Numbered from the stretch's first letter, positions 9,202-18,014 are shown. The stretch: DNA of 64,000 nt from Candidatus Woesearchaeota archaeon (GCA_965205335.1 OZ242164.1:1088001-1152000), one strand, 5' to 3'. Program-made: numbers and translations. Notes: generated by a model from the letters alone, not told the origin.

Positions 9202-9510
9202 TTATACTAAGCCTAATTCAGATGATAAGTCTGATGCACCCCCATCCTGCATGAAAGTTACAATTGCTCTTTTGTTGCCGTTAATGTTATTGACTGTGTT
9301 GACTCTTTTTACTTTTTTGCCAAGTTCATTTTCTATTAAGAGTTTTATAACAGGTTTTGAAACTTCCCTTGCTACTTCAAATGTTAGTTTGTTTTCAAAT
9401 TCAATCATTCTTGTTGCTTTTTCGGTAACTATTACTCTTTTAAATGTGTCATAGAATTGTTTTGATAATTCTTTTTTGAAGGTGTCATCGGAATTGGTTT
9501 CTTTTGCCAT
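9202..9510 (-). CDS. rpl23: 50S ribosomal protein uL23
   Basis: VTEKATRMIEFENKLTFEV, VKRVNT, KRAIV. Confidence 0.95.
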   Translation of the reverse strand: MAKETNSDDTFKKELSKQFYDTFKRVIVTEKATRMIEFENKLTFEVAREVSKPVIKLLIENELGKKVKRVNTVNNINGNKRAIVTFMQDGGASDLSSELGLV

Positions 9511-9511
9511 T

Positions 9512-10366
9512 TTATTGTTTTAACTCCTCCTTTGAATTTTCTTTTGTAGTTTTGTTTTGAGAATCTGCAAGGAATGTGTCTGTAAATTCTTTCGCACCTT
9601 CTAATGTGAATAAGACTGCTCTTCCTGATTTTTCACTCATACCAAAATCTGATACTATTAGTGAATTTGCAGGTATAACATCTAAGCCTAAGATATTTCT
9701 TGCGGATTTGTTTAGCACTTTATCCATTGAAGATGTGACAATTAAAGGTCCTCTTTTTGTTTTGTATGTTCTGTTTCTCATTGTTCCTCTCCCTGCTCTG
9801 ATTTTTCTTGTAGAGGTTCTTTTAATTTCTTCACTAAATCCTAATTTGTTAAGTAAGTCTTTGATTTCTTTTGTTTTGGTTATATCTTCAATTTTTGAAT
9901 CTAATATGAATGGGTAATTCTGAGGGACTTTCTGTCCGTTTGCGCAAACTAAATCCCTGTTTAATGATGCCATAAATCCTGTCAGAATTGCAAGATTCCA
10001 CTCTTTATTGTTTATGTTCTTTGTGATGTTTTTTTCTGATCTTGGGGCGTGAGCTTTTCTTCCTCCAACAGTCATGCCTGCAAAAGCACCTACAAATCTG
10101 TGTTGCATTCCTCTTGACCACATTGCTTTTTTAGGTGTTCTTGATGCACCTCTACCATATGTGGATCTATATCTTTTTCTTCTTTTTGAAACGTTGATAG
10201 AACTTCTTTTACCTGCAAGAGGATCTGCTCCTTTCTCCTGCCTAAATAAACTAAATTCTGAGAGAACTGCTTTTTTGAATATATCGTCACGAATTGTACA
10301 AACTGGCATTTCAAATGTAAAATCCCCAATTTCTTTTCCTGTTTTGTCTATTATTTGCACTTTCAT
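9512..10366 (-). CDS. rpl4: 50S ribosomal protein uL4
   Basis: GADPLAGKR, GRGASRTP, TVGGRKAHAP, KIRAGRGTMRNR. Confidence 0.97.
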   Translation of the reverse strand: MKVQIIDKTGKEIGDFTFEMPVCTIRDDIFKKAVLSEFSLFRQEKGADPLAGKRSSINVSKRRKRYRSTYGRGASRTPKKAMWSRGMQHRFVGAFAGMTVGGRKAHAPRSEKNITKNINNKEWNLAILTGFMASLNRDLVCANGQKVPQNYPFILDSKIEDITKTKEIKDLLNKLGFSEEIKRTSTRKIRAGRGTMRNRTYKTKRGPLIVTSSMDKVLNKSARNILGLDVIPANSLIVSDFGMSEKSGRAVLFTLEGAKEFTDTFLADSQNKTTKENSKEELKQ

Positions 10367-11364
10367 TTTCTAATATATGTAATTTGAGGTGATATTTTTG
10401 GGTATCTCTTATTTGGCCTTGATGCTCTTGTCAGAGTGATTAGTCTTTTTTTAGGACCTTGAATACTTCCCTTAACTAAGAGATATTCATTTTTAATTAT
10501 GCCGTATGCTCTAAACCCTCCTGTTCTGTTGATTTCTTCCGGATTGTTCGATACTTTTAGTATCCATTTGTTCCATTCAGTTCTGCGATGGAAACCATGC
10601 TGACCCGGTAATGGGATTGTTGTCAGAACTCTTGACGGGGTCCATGCTCCAACGTTTCCTGCATGTCTTCTTGTTTTTTCTGATTTGTGTGATGTTAGTT
10701 TTACACCAAATCTTTTAACTGCACCTGAAAATCCCTTGCCTGTTGTTATTGCATGAGTGTCAACTGATGTTCCTGCGGATAGAACCTCTGATGCTTTTAT
10801 TTCAGCACCTAATTTGGATAATGCAAATGTAATTTGCTCTGATAAATCTCCGCTAATTGCAAGTTCTAAGACTTCTGGCTTCTTTTTACCGATGGTTGTC
10901 AGGCTCGGGGTTGTTACAATTTTAACTCTTAATTCTTTTATGTCATTTTCTTCAGCAAATTTAATTAATTCATCAGATGATGGAATTTTTGAGTCTTTTT
11001 TGTATAAGTCTAATTTTCTTGCTAAGTTTTTGTCTTTTAAGTTTGTGGATATTTCTTTTTTTATTTGCAGGTTTCCATAGTCATCAAGTCCTAATAGTTT
11101 GATGCTTAGAATTTTAACTGGAGGGGCTTCAAGTATTGTAACTCCTAAATCAATCTCAGTTCCTTTTGTTAAGGTATGTGAAAAATTATCTATTACTCCA
11201 ATATTTGTCATGCCAACTTTGTACGCTGGAAATCCTAAGAAATTAGTCTCTTTTGGGAGAGATTTAACTGATTCCCAACTATTTATTACTGCTGTATGCT
11301 TTTTAGCCCTAACTCTAGGCCAGTAAGCCTTACTGCCTCTTTTTCTTGTACTTCTGCTTGCCAT
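10363..11364 (-). CDS. rpl3: 50S ribosomal protein uL3
   Basis: GFPAYKVGMT, TTGKGFSGAVKRFG, GQHGFHRRTEWNK. Confidence 0.98.
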   Translation of the reverse strand: MASRSTRKRGSKAYWPRVRAKKHTAVINSWESVKSLPKETNFLGFPAYKVGMTNIGVIDNFSHTLTKGTEIDLGVTILEAPPVKILSIKLLGLDDYGNLQIKKEISTNLKDKNLARKLDLYKKDSKIPSSDELIKFAEENDIKELRVKIVTTPSLTTIGKKKPEVLELAISGDLSEQITFALSKLGAEIKASEVLSAGTSVDTHAITTGKGFSGAVKRFGVKLTSHKSEKTRRHAGNVGAWTPSRVLTTIPLPGQHGFHRRTEWNKWILKVSNNPEEINRTGGFRAYGIIKNEYLLVKGSIQGPKKRLITLTRASRPNKRYPKISPQITYIRK

Positions 11365-11376
11365 TCTTTAAACGCA

Positions 11377-11422
11377 ATTGCCTGCACAGGTTACATTTGC
11401 TGTATTGCCTTCACAGGATTAC
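11377..11422. repeat. Imperfect direct repeat in the r-protein operon leader (attgcct[g/t]cacagg x2)
   Basis: 11377-11394 attgcctgcacaggttac and 11404-11422 attgccttcacaggattac, 12 nt before the uL3 ATG. Confidence 0.6.
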
Positions 11423-11509
11423 TTTTAACTCTAAATTATATTTAAAAGAGTACTGTAATAAGAAAAAGTAATTTAGTTTGGTTTTTAAAGGTTGGGGTAA
11501 TTCGAGTGT

Positions 11510-11956
11510 TTAGTTAAGGTTGGTGTCATATTGTAATTGTTTGTTTTCAATGTTTTTTAGTCTGTGTAGTATGTCTTTGTTTTCTGATATGAATTTTCTC
11601 ATTTCTACAAATGCATTTATTATCTGAATGCTTATTTTGATTGCGGTTTTGCTGTGAAGTGCTGCTGAGAGCATTGAGACACCCTGTTCTGTGAAAGCGT
11701 AAGGCAGGTATTTCCTATATTTTCCTTTCCCTTTTTCTAAGGTTGCAATTTGTGACCTTAAAGAATCATACTCTTCTTGAGTTAGTTGAAACATAAATTC
11801 TTTAGGAAACCTCTCACTGTTTCTTTTGACTTGTTGATTTAATCTTTTTACTTCTACTTGGTAAAATTCAGCTAAATCAGAATCAAGCATGACTTGAACT
11901 CCTCTAATAATATGAATTTTATTTTCTATGTTTTTAATTAAGACAGTTTTTTCCAT
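11510..11956 (-). CDS. ORF6N (KilA-N-like) DNA-binding protein, probably C-terminally truncated
   Basis: IRGVQVMLDSDLAEFYQVEVKRLNQQVKRNSERFP..FMFQLT, LPYAFTEQGVSMLS. Confidence 0.9.
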   Translation of the reverse strand: MEKTVLIKNIENKIHIIRGVQVMLDSDLAEFYQVEVKRLNQQVKRNSERFPKEFMFQLTQEEYDSLRSQIATLEKGKGKYRKYLPYAFTEQGVSMLSAALHSKTAIKISIQIINAFVEMRKFISENKDILHRLKNIENKQLQYDTNLN

Positions 11957-12044
11957 TCTGTTTTTATATCTCTACTCTTATTATTACTTATAAGATTTTT
12001 TAGAGAGTTTTTCAAAATTATTAAGAATTTGAATAATAACTCGG

Positions 12045-13628
12045 TTAAATTTGATTCATCAGGTTTAGGACTTTTTCTTTGTTTTCTATTATGAAAGTGC
12101 TTAGTTTTGGACCTTTGTCTTTGCCAATTATTAGTCTGTACATTATTTTAAAGAAATGAATTGTATCAAGGTTATGGGTTGTTGCGATTTCTCTAAATTT
12201 AGACATCATTTCATTTGAATCGTCAGTTATTTCAAGTTCTTTTTTGAGTCTTGTTATTGCATCTTTTTCATTTTTTTTGAGATTGTTTATGTAGTCCTCT
12301 GGAACAATTTGATGAATTTTAAATTTCATTTCGTCTGGAGCGTAATCCCAAAGCCAGTTTTTAGCACATTGGGTTCTTTGTTCTAATCTTATGTTGTCAA
12401 ATTGAGTTTTTAGTTCATCTTTAAAGTGTTCTTTGATTTTATCAATATTAAAGTCATTTGCCTGAGCAACTGTTGTTAGATGTCTAAAACTTGGCTGGAA
12501 TGGACATTCTTTCTGGATTTTATCACCATTAATCGCTGAAAGTTCATAAACTCTTTTTAGTGTGGCAAGTTTTTTTTGGTTTTTTTCTTTCTCTAATCCG
12601 TAATATATTCTTTCAAGTTTGTCAAAGTCTTCGTAGATTTTTATTACGTCCAAGTCAAATGAGATGTCAAATTCAGAGTTTGGTCTTGAACCTGCAAATA
12701 AGTATAAGACCATTTGAGGAGTGTAGACCTCCAAGACATCGCAAACTCTAAGAGCGTTTCCTTTTGAGGATGATATTTTTCCTCCCTGTCCTTTGATTCT
12801 GACAAAGTCATACATTGTATATACTGGTGGTTCACGTTCAAAGATTTGTCTGATTATTTCACAGCCTGTTGTGTATGAACTGCCAGCAGTTGAATGGTCT
12901 TTTCCCCCCGGTTCAAAGTTTACTTTGTAATAGTCCCACCTCATAGGCCAGTCTGCTTTCCATCTTAGTTTTACTCTTGGGTTTTGTTTGAAGTTGATTT
13001 CTTTTTCTGTGCCTTTTTCGTTTGTGTAGGTTAAGGTGTATTCTCCGTCATATGAGATGATTTTGTTTGTGTCTTTTTTTGTTTCGTTGTCGTATATATC
13101 TATGGGCATCCAAGTGTTAGGCCGGGATTCATCTCTGTATTTGTTTAATGCATCAATTACTTTGTGTTTGTTATTTAGGACTTTTTTTATTGAGTTCGCA
13201 TATATTCCGCTTCGCTGGAGTTCATATTGGTTCTGAAAGCCAATCGGGAAGTTGAATACTGAGATTTCGTTTTCAAATGTTTTCATGAATTCTTCTGCAT
13301 AAGAACCTTCGCCAAATGGGTTTGGAACTTCTCCGTCCGGCATTCTAAGGTATTTTTCCCATTCTTCTGGAACATCACTTGGAACTTTTCTGAATGCATC
13401 GTATGAATCCCAAGAGTAGATGAATTTGACTTTTTCCCCTTTGTCAATAAGAGCACGTCTTACCATTTCAGTTGTGATTAGTTCTCGGAAGTTTCCAATG
13501 TGAATGTATCCGCTTGGAGTAATTCCCGAATATACTACATATTCTTTTTCATTGGGAAATTTATCTATTGTTCTTTGAGCTGAATTATCCGCCCAGTACA
13601 CGTTTTCAAATGATATTCCTTTTTTCAT
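12045..13628 (-). CDS. lysS: Class I lysyl-tRNA synthetase (C-terminal part of the 879-aa ORF; possible own start MKKGISF)
   Basis: YWAD, SGITPSGYIHIGNFRE, KLRWKADWPMRW, FEPGGKDH, KISSSKGN, KGPKLSTFI. Confidence 0.97.
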   Translation of the reverse strand: MKKGISFENVYWADNSAQRTIDKFPNEKEYVVYSGITPSGYIHIGNFRELITTEMVRRALIDKGEKVKFIYSWDSYDAFRKVPSDVPEEWEKYLRMPDGEVPNPFGEGSYAEEFMKTFENEISVFNFPIGFQNQYELQRSGIYANSIKKVLNNKHKVIDALNKYRDESRPNTWMPIDIYDNETKKDTNKIISYDGEYTLTYTNEKGTEKEINFKQNPRVKLRWKADWPMRWDYYKVNFEPGGKDHSTAGSSYTTGCEIIRQIFEREPPVYTMYDFVRIKGQGGKISSSKGNALRVCDVLEVYTPQMVLYLFAGSRPNSEFDISFDLDVIKIYEDFDKLERIYYGLEKEKNQKKLATLKRVYELSAINGDKIQKECPFQPSFRHLTTVAQANDFNIDKIKEHFKDELKTQFDNIRLEQRTQCAKNWLWDYAPDEMKFKIHQIVPEDYINNLKKNEKDAITRLKKELEITDDSNEMMSKFREIATTHNLDTIHFFKIMYRLIIGKDKGPKLSTFIIENKEKVLNLMNQI

Positions 13629-14684
13629 TTGATTTTGGTTCTTGTGATTCTTTTCTTTGCTTCTCATTTTATTTCTTGGTTTTGTAATGTTTAAATATTC
13701 TTCTGCTATTTGTTTTAAATATTTATCTAATTTATGTATAAATTCATCTTCATCATTCAAGTGTGTAATTACTGTTTTTGATGGTATATGTAAACTCTTA
13801 TTAGGAAAATTATCTTTTAATGATAAGTTGTTAATTTCATTCACAATTTCATTTAAATTTTTTTGGTCTTTTATATCCTCTTTAATAAATCTCTTAATAT
13901 TTTCAATTATATTTTCGTATTGAAAAGGACTTGAGTCTAATTTTCTGAATATATTTTCTTTCTTTTGTTTGAAAATATTTTCGCTTTTATTAATTTTATA
14001 TAAATCAAACATATCTCTTGGTTTAAATTGCTCTCTTGTAATTGTTGCTCTTATTTTTTCTAATATTATCTCGTCTATTGAATATGCATTTAAAATAGGT
14101 TTCACTAAATTATAATTTGTAAGTGCTAATTCTGTTTTATCTAATGAATAATAATCAATAATATTTTTTATTTCAAGTTTATTCGGTTTATTTATTAAAT
14201 CTTCAAAAAATGATATTTCAATTTTGATAGGTGATTCAAGGTTAGAATAAATTGATTTATAATATAAGTTAAGAATGTATAATTTTCTGGAATTTATATC
14301 TCTGATGTATTTTTCATTTGTCCTGTCTTCTTCAAATTCTAATTTGGACATATCAGCTATTTTTTTGATTTCGCTAATAATCGGAATAACTCTCTTTTTA
14401 ATCTCTCTTTCTCTTCTATTTTTTGTTTGTGTTTCTCTTATTTTATTAGCGTCCTGATGAGTAAAATCCAAGTCCTCACTAATTCTATGGTATTTAAGAT
14501 AATTCTTGGTTAGTAATGTTCCTCCTTTAAATATCAACTTGTCTAAGTTCGGTGTTTCTTGCTTCGCCCAGTTCGATAAGAACAACGAGAGAACATAATC
14601 TTTTTCTAAAAAATCTTCTGAAATAGGAGCATGTATCTCTTTTTTTAGTTTATCAACATACAATCTAAGTTCCTTATTATTCAT
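12045..14684 (-). CDS. AbiEii/AbiGii-family nucleotidyltransferase toxin fused in frame to class I LysRS (879 aa)
   Basis: N-terminal LEKDYVL, LIFKGGTLL...YHRISEDLDF, EKIRA..R..PRDMFDL; no stop codon before LysRS. Confidence 0.85.
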   Translation of the reverse strand: MNNKELRLYVDKLKKEIHAPISEDFLEKDYVLSLFLSNWAKQETPNLDKLIFKGGTLLTKNYLKYHRISEDLDFTHQDANKIRETQTKNRREREIKKRVIPIISEIKKIADMSKLEFEEDRTNEKYIRDINSRKLYILNLYYKSIYSNLESPIKIEISFFEDLINKPNKLEIKNIIDYYSLDKTELALTNYNLVKPILNAYSIDEIILEKIRATITREQFKPRDMFDLYKINKSENIFKQKKENIFRKLDSSPFQYENIIENIKRFIKEDIKDQKNLNEIVNEINNLSLKDNFPNKSLHIPSKTVITHLNDEDEFIHKLDKYLKQIAEEYLNITKPRNKMRSKEKNHKNQNQMKKGISFENVYWADNSAQRTIDKFPNEKEYVVYSGITPSGYIHIGNFRELITTEMVRRALIDKGEKVKFIYSWDSYDAFRKVPSDVPEEWEKYLRMPDGEVPNPFGEGSYAEEFMKTFENEISVFNFPIGFQNQYELQRSGIYANSIKKVLNNKHKVIDALNKYRDESRPNTWMPIDIYDNETKKDTNKIISYDGEYTLTYTNEKGTEKEINFKQNPRVKLRWKADWPMRWDYYKVNFEPGGKDHSTAGSSYTTGCEIIRQIFEREPPVYTMYDFVRIKGQGGKISSSKGNALRVCDVLEVYTPQMVLYLFAGSRPNSEFDISFDLDVIKIYEDFDKLERIYYGLEKEKNQKKLATLKRVYELSAINGDKIQKECPFQPSFRHLTTVAQANDFNIDKIKEHFKDELKTQFDNIRLEQRTQCAKNWLWDYAPDEMKFKIHQIVPEDYINNLKKNEKDAITRLKKELEITDDSNEMMSKFREIATTHNLDTIHFFKIMYRLIIGKDKGPKLSTFIIENKEKVLNLMNQI
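13665..13725. repeat. 61-bp direct repeat, copy 1 (3' end of the AbiEii domain)
   Basis: 58/61 identical to 15407-15467. Confidence 0.92.
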
Positions 14685-15315
14685 CTTTATATAACCCTTC
14701 TTTTACTTTCTTCTGAAATGTCTTTGGATAATCACTTAATATAGAAATTACTTTTGATTTGTCAATTGCTTTTTCTAATTCTATTGGTACTCTTTTTTTG
14801 AAATAAATAAAATCTAAATATATTTTCTCATTTAAACCGATATTCTGGGTTATTCTGTTTTTTGTTTTGTTTTGTTTGTAATTATCTTGTTTGTAATTGT
14901 TTATGTGCTGAGGTTTTGTTTTTTTGAAGTCAAATTTAGTTCTTATTATTGTTTTTTCTCCTGAGATTTTATTGTTGATAATGTTTATTTTCTTGTGAGC
15001 CTGCCATAATATGTTATTTAATTCTAAGCCTTTTTCAAGTGAAATATACCATTTTACATTTGATTTATTTAGAACACTAAACACTAACTCAGATGGATTG
15101 TATCTCAGTTGATTAAGTCTTCTTTCGTTATCCGATAGTATATAGTAATAGTTTTGGATTATAAATTTAATTTTTCTATTTTCTCTTAGTTTCTTTAGGT
15201 ATTTTTCAGGTTCGTCTTGCACTACATCACGAATTAGTTCAATTAATAATTTTTTTGAAACAATCTTTTCCTCCAAATTATCCAATTTAAAGTACAATAT
15301 GTATATTTCTTTCAT
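14677..15315 (-). CDS. AbiEi-family antitoxin / transcriptional regulator (type IV TA)
   Basis: WYISLEKGLELNNILWQ and EKIYLDFIYF resemble AbiEi motifs; stop overlaps the AbiEii start. Confidence 0.75.
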   Translation of the reverse strand: MKEIYILYFKLDNLEEKIVSKKLLIELIRDVVQDEPEKYLKKLRENRKIKFIIQNYYYILSDNERRLNQLRYNPSELVFSVLNKSNVKWYISLEKGLELNNILWQAHKKINIINNKISGEKTIIRTKFDFKKTKPQHINNYKQDNYKQNKTKNRITQNIGLNEKIYLDFIYFKKRVPIELEKAIDKSKVISILSDYPKTFQKKVKEGLYKDE

Positions 15316-15365
15316 TTTTATTAAATTTTATTTGGAAGCGTTTATTTATAAATATATTGCTCAGT

Positions 15366-15388
15366 ATTATTGATTTTTTATCAATAAT
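15366..15388. promoter_or_regulatory. Perfect inverted repeat ATTATTGAT-N5-ATCAATAAT, likely AbiEi operator
   Basis: Lies just upstream of the TATA-like tttataaa (about 15345-15352) of the abiE operon. Confidence 0.6.
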
Positions 15389-15406
15389 CAGAAATAATTT
15401 TTATAG

Positions 15407-15467
15407 CATTTTATTTCTTGATTCTGTAACGTTTAAATATTCTTCTGCTATTTGTTTTAAATATTTA
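15407..15467. repeat. 61-bp direct repeat, copy 2 (relic AbiEii 3' end with stop codon)
   Basis: Minus strand reads KYLKQIAEEYLNVTESRNKML* (stop at 15401-15403). Confidence 0.9.
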
Positions 15468-15525
15468 ACTCCTATATAATCCTTATTTTACTTTGTTTTG
15501 AAATATCCTTTCGTAATTATCTAAC

Positions 15526-15705
15526 TTAACTTTTATATCCAAATTTTTTGTTATATGTCTTATGATCAACTATTGCAAGAATAAATGCAATTATCTCTAC
15601 CTCATTTCCTTTTATTGTATAAAGCAGTCTCCAAAAATTTGAAAGTTCAACTCTGTATAGATTTTCATATTGTGAATATTCCTTTGAAATACATTCTATT
15701 TTCAT
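15526..15705 (-). pseudogene. Truncated RelE/ParE-like toxin (59 aa)
   Basis: MKIECISKEYSQYENLYRVELSNFWRLLYTIKGNEVEIIAFILAIVDHKTYNKKFGYKS*; resembles the C-terminal half of archaeal RelE-like proteins. Confidence 0.6.
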
Positions 15706-16226
15706 TATCCTTTCCTACAACGTATATTTTATTTGCTTTCGCTCTATGTAAAATAACTCTATTAAGACTTTCACCTTCATCTGTGTCCCCTGCAAGTGTA
15801 ATTTCATCGTCATCAGCTTCTAATCTAACTTCACTATACTCAACATCATTAGTTCCTTCATACTATATTCTGTTTGGGATTCCTTCAAACTTTCCTGATA
15901 TTGACTATAAATCTTAGAAATTTCAGACGTTCTATAAAGTGTAAATCTATTTTATTTATATATATTACCAAATCTTCTAGTAATTTTAAATGAATAAGAA
16001 ACACTTTCTCTAATAAACAAAGCCTTAAAATTAATGAGAAATATTTAATTAAGTAGCCGATATGTTACAAGTTAGAAAGACAGTTGAATTTTTTACAAAA
16101 CAAAGTTGAAGAGATTTTATGATTTTTATTCCAAAATCTTTTTAAAGGGGTTTTTGTTTCTTTTTAATAACTAAAGTTTAATATTTTAGTGGGATAAAGG
16201 TTGTTAATGCAATTTTATACCTAAAA

Positions 16227-16655
16227 ATGGCAAGAATGCATGCAAGAAGGAAAGGAAAATCAGGCTCAACAAGACCTGTACAGGTTGATTTGTCAAATAT
16301 GACAGTTAAACCGAAAGAGATTGAATCCATTGTCTTAAAGCTTGCTAAAGATGATGTGAAACCAAGTAAGATTGGGATAGTTCTGAGGGATACTTATGCA
16401 GTTCCCAATGTTAAAGCCGCAACGAAGAAATCAATTTCTCAGATTTTAAATGATGGCGGAATGGGATTGCAAGTTCCCGAAGATTTGAGTGCTTTGATTC
16501 AGAAGGCTCAGAGATTAAATAAGCATTTGGAAAATAACAGCAGAGATACTCATAACCGAAGAGGACTTGCTTTAGTTGAAGCAAAAATCAGAAGGCTTGC
16601 TAAGTATTATGTTAGAACTTCAAAACTTCCAAAGGGGTGGAAATACAAGAATTAA
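16227..16655 (+). CDS. rps15: 30S ribosomal protein uS15
   Basis: MARMHARRKGKSGSTRP, IGIVLRD, EAKIRRLAKYY. Confidence 0.98.
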   Translation: MARMHARRKGKSGSTRPVQVDLSNMTVKPKEIESIVLKLAKDDVKPSKIGIVLRDTYAVPNVKAATKKSISQILNDGGMGLQVPEDLSALIQKAQRLNKHLENNSRDTHNRRGLALVEAKIRRLAKYYVRTSKLPKGWKYKN

Positions 16656-16723
16656 AATGGTAAGTTTAGAATATAAAAGTTTAATTAGAGAAGTTTTGAG
16701 ATTTGTGGAGGTGAGTTATTAGA

Positions 16724-17299
16724 ATGGCAAAGATGGTGAAAGTTTCGAAGGTTAAAAAGGTTAAAAGGAAATTTCCAATTGAGATTCTTGCTCCTGAGCA
16801 TTTGAATTCAGTAAGGATTGGAAAGAGCAATGTAACTGACTTGAATGCTATTGTTGGTAAGACTTCAAAAGTTAATATGATGTATGTTACAGGCAATGTT
16901 AAGAATCAGAACGTAAGATTAACTTTTGTTATTGATGAGGTTAATTCCGGACTCGCAAAAACCAAAGTTAAGACATATGAACAAATTCCTTATTACTTGG
17001 GAAGATCTGTTAAGCCGGGTTCTGATTTGGTTGAGGATTCATTTGTCTGCACTTCAAAAGACGGATTGAAAATAAGAATCAAACCATTCATTGTCACAAA
17101 AATGAATACAAGTGCTCTTACAAATTCACTTTTAAGGTCAAAGACAAAAGAGTTAGTTACTAAAGCAGTTGAATCTCGTTCATATGATGATTTTATTTCA
17201 TCAGTGATTGCAGGAGAGGAGCAAAATGCTTTGAGAAATGGTTTAAGAAAGATTTTTCCATTGAAAGCACTTGAGTTTAAAAAAATTAGTCTGGAATGA
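16724..17299 (+). CDS. rps3ae: 30S ribosomal protein eS1 (S3Ae)
   Basis: EILAP, TSKDGLKIRIKP, KIFPLKALEFKK; follows uS15. Confidence 0.85.
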   Translation: MAKMVKVSKVKKVKRKFPIEILAPEHLNSVRIGKSNVTDLNAIVGKTSKVNMMYVTGNVKNQNVRLTFVIDEVNSGLAKTKVKTYEQIPYYLGRSVKPGSDLVEDSFVCTSKDGLKIRIKPFIVTKMNTSALTNSLLRSKTKELVTKAVESRSYDDFISSVIAGEEQNALRNGLRKIFPLKALEFKKISLE

Positions 17300-17333
17300 A
17301 CCAGTTAAAATAATTTAGAGTTTCATGTAAAAA

Positions 17334-17591
17334 ATGAATATAATTGAAAAGGTTGATGATAAGAATGTGCTAAGAATCATAGTTGATTCTAATGAAGAGT
17401 CTTTATTTTCTCTTCTAAAGGTTTATTTAGAGGCTCAGAGTAATGTAGAACTGGTTGGTTCTTACAGGGAACATCATCTTGTGGATAAAGTGGAGTTTTT
17501 CCTGAAAGTTTCAAAAGGAAATGCAGTTGATGTTTTTAAGAAAGCTCTTAAGAGCGTTAAGAAGGATTTAGAATCTAAAAAGGTTAAATAA
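17334..17591 (+). CDS. rpoL: RNA polymerase subunit Rpo11 (L)
   Basis: SLFSLLKVYL..V..GSYREHHLV..FLKV pattern and size. Confidence 0.75.
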   Translation: MNIIEKVDDKNVLRIIVDSNEESLFSLLKVYLEAQSNVELVGSYREHHLVDKVEFFLKVSKGNAVDVFKKALKSVKKDLESKKVK

Positions 17592-17594
17592 AAA

Positions 17595-18014
17595 ATGGGA
17601 ATAATAGGGTTTAGTTTTACAAAAATCAATTGTGAAAGAAAAAAGGAAGGAGTTAAGGGAAGTATTGAGATTAAACACAATATTTCAATTGTGAATGCTG
17701 AGAAGACCACTTTAAATGTTGGGGGAAATAAAAATGATGTGCTAAAGATTGATTTTAGTTTCAGTGTTTTGTATGGTTCATCTCTTGGGGGAATTGTTAT
17801 TGAGGGCAATGTCGTTTATGCAGACACAAAAGAGATTATAGATGAAACTGTAAAGAAGTACAAAGCAGATAAGAAATTAAATTCAACTGTTAATCAGCAT
17901 GTTTACAAATTTGTATATAGTAAGGCAATTATTAAGGCTTTAGAACTGTCAGATTCATTGAATCTGCCAGCCCCAATTCCAGTAGTTCCCAAGATTAATA
18001 AAAAGTCCAATTAG
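17595..18014 (+). CDS. Conserved archaeal hypothetical protein
   Basis: MGIIGFSFTKI...ALELSDSLNLPAPIP; clean ORF coupled to rpoL. Confidence 0.75.
   Translation: MGIIGFSFTKINCERKKEGVKGSIEIKHNISIVNAEKTTLNVGGNKNDVLKIDFSFSVLYGSSLGGIVIEGNVVYADTKEIIDETVKKYKADKKLNSTVNQHVYKFVYSKAIIKALELSDSLNLPAPIPVVPKINKKSN

Noticed and set aside
15585-15917. Plus-strand 110-aa ORF
   Set aside because: Antisense to decayed minus-strand coding fragments; no recognisable features.
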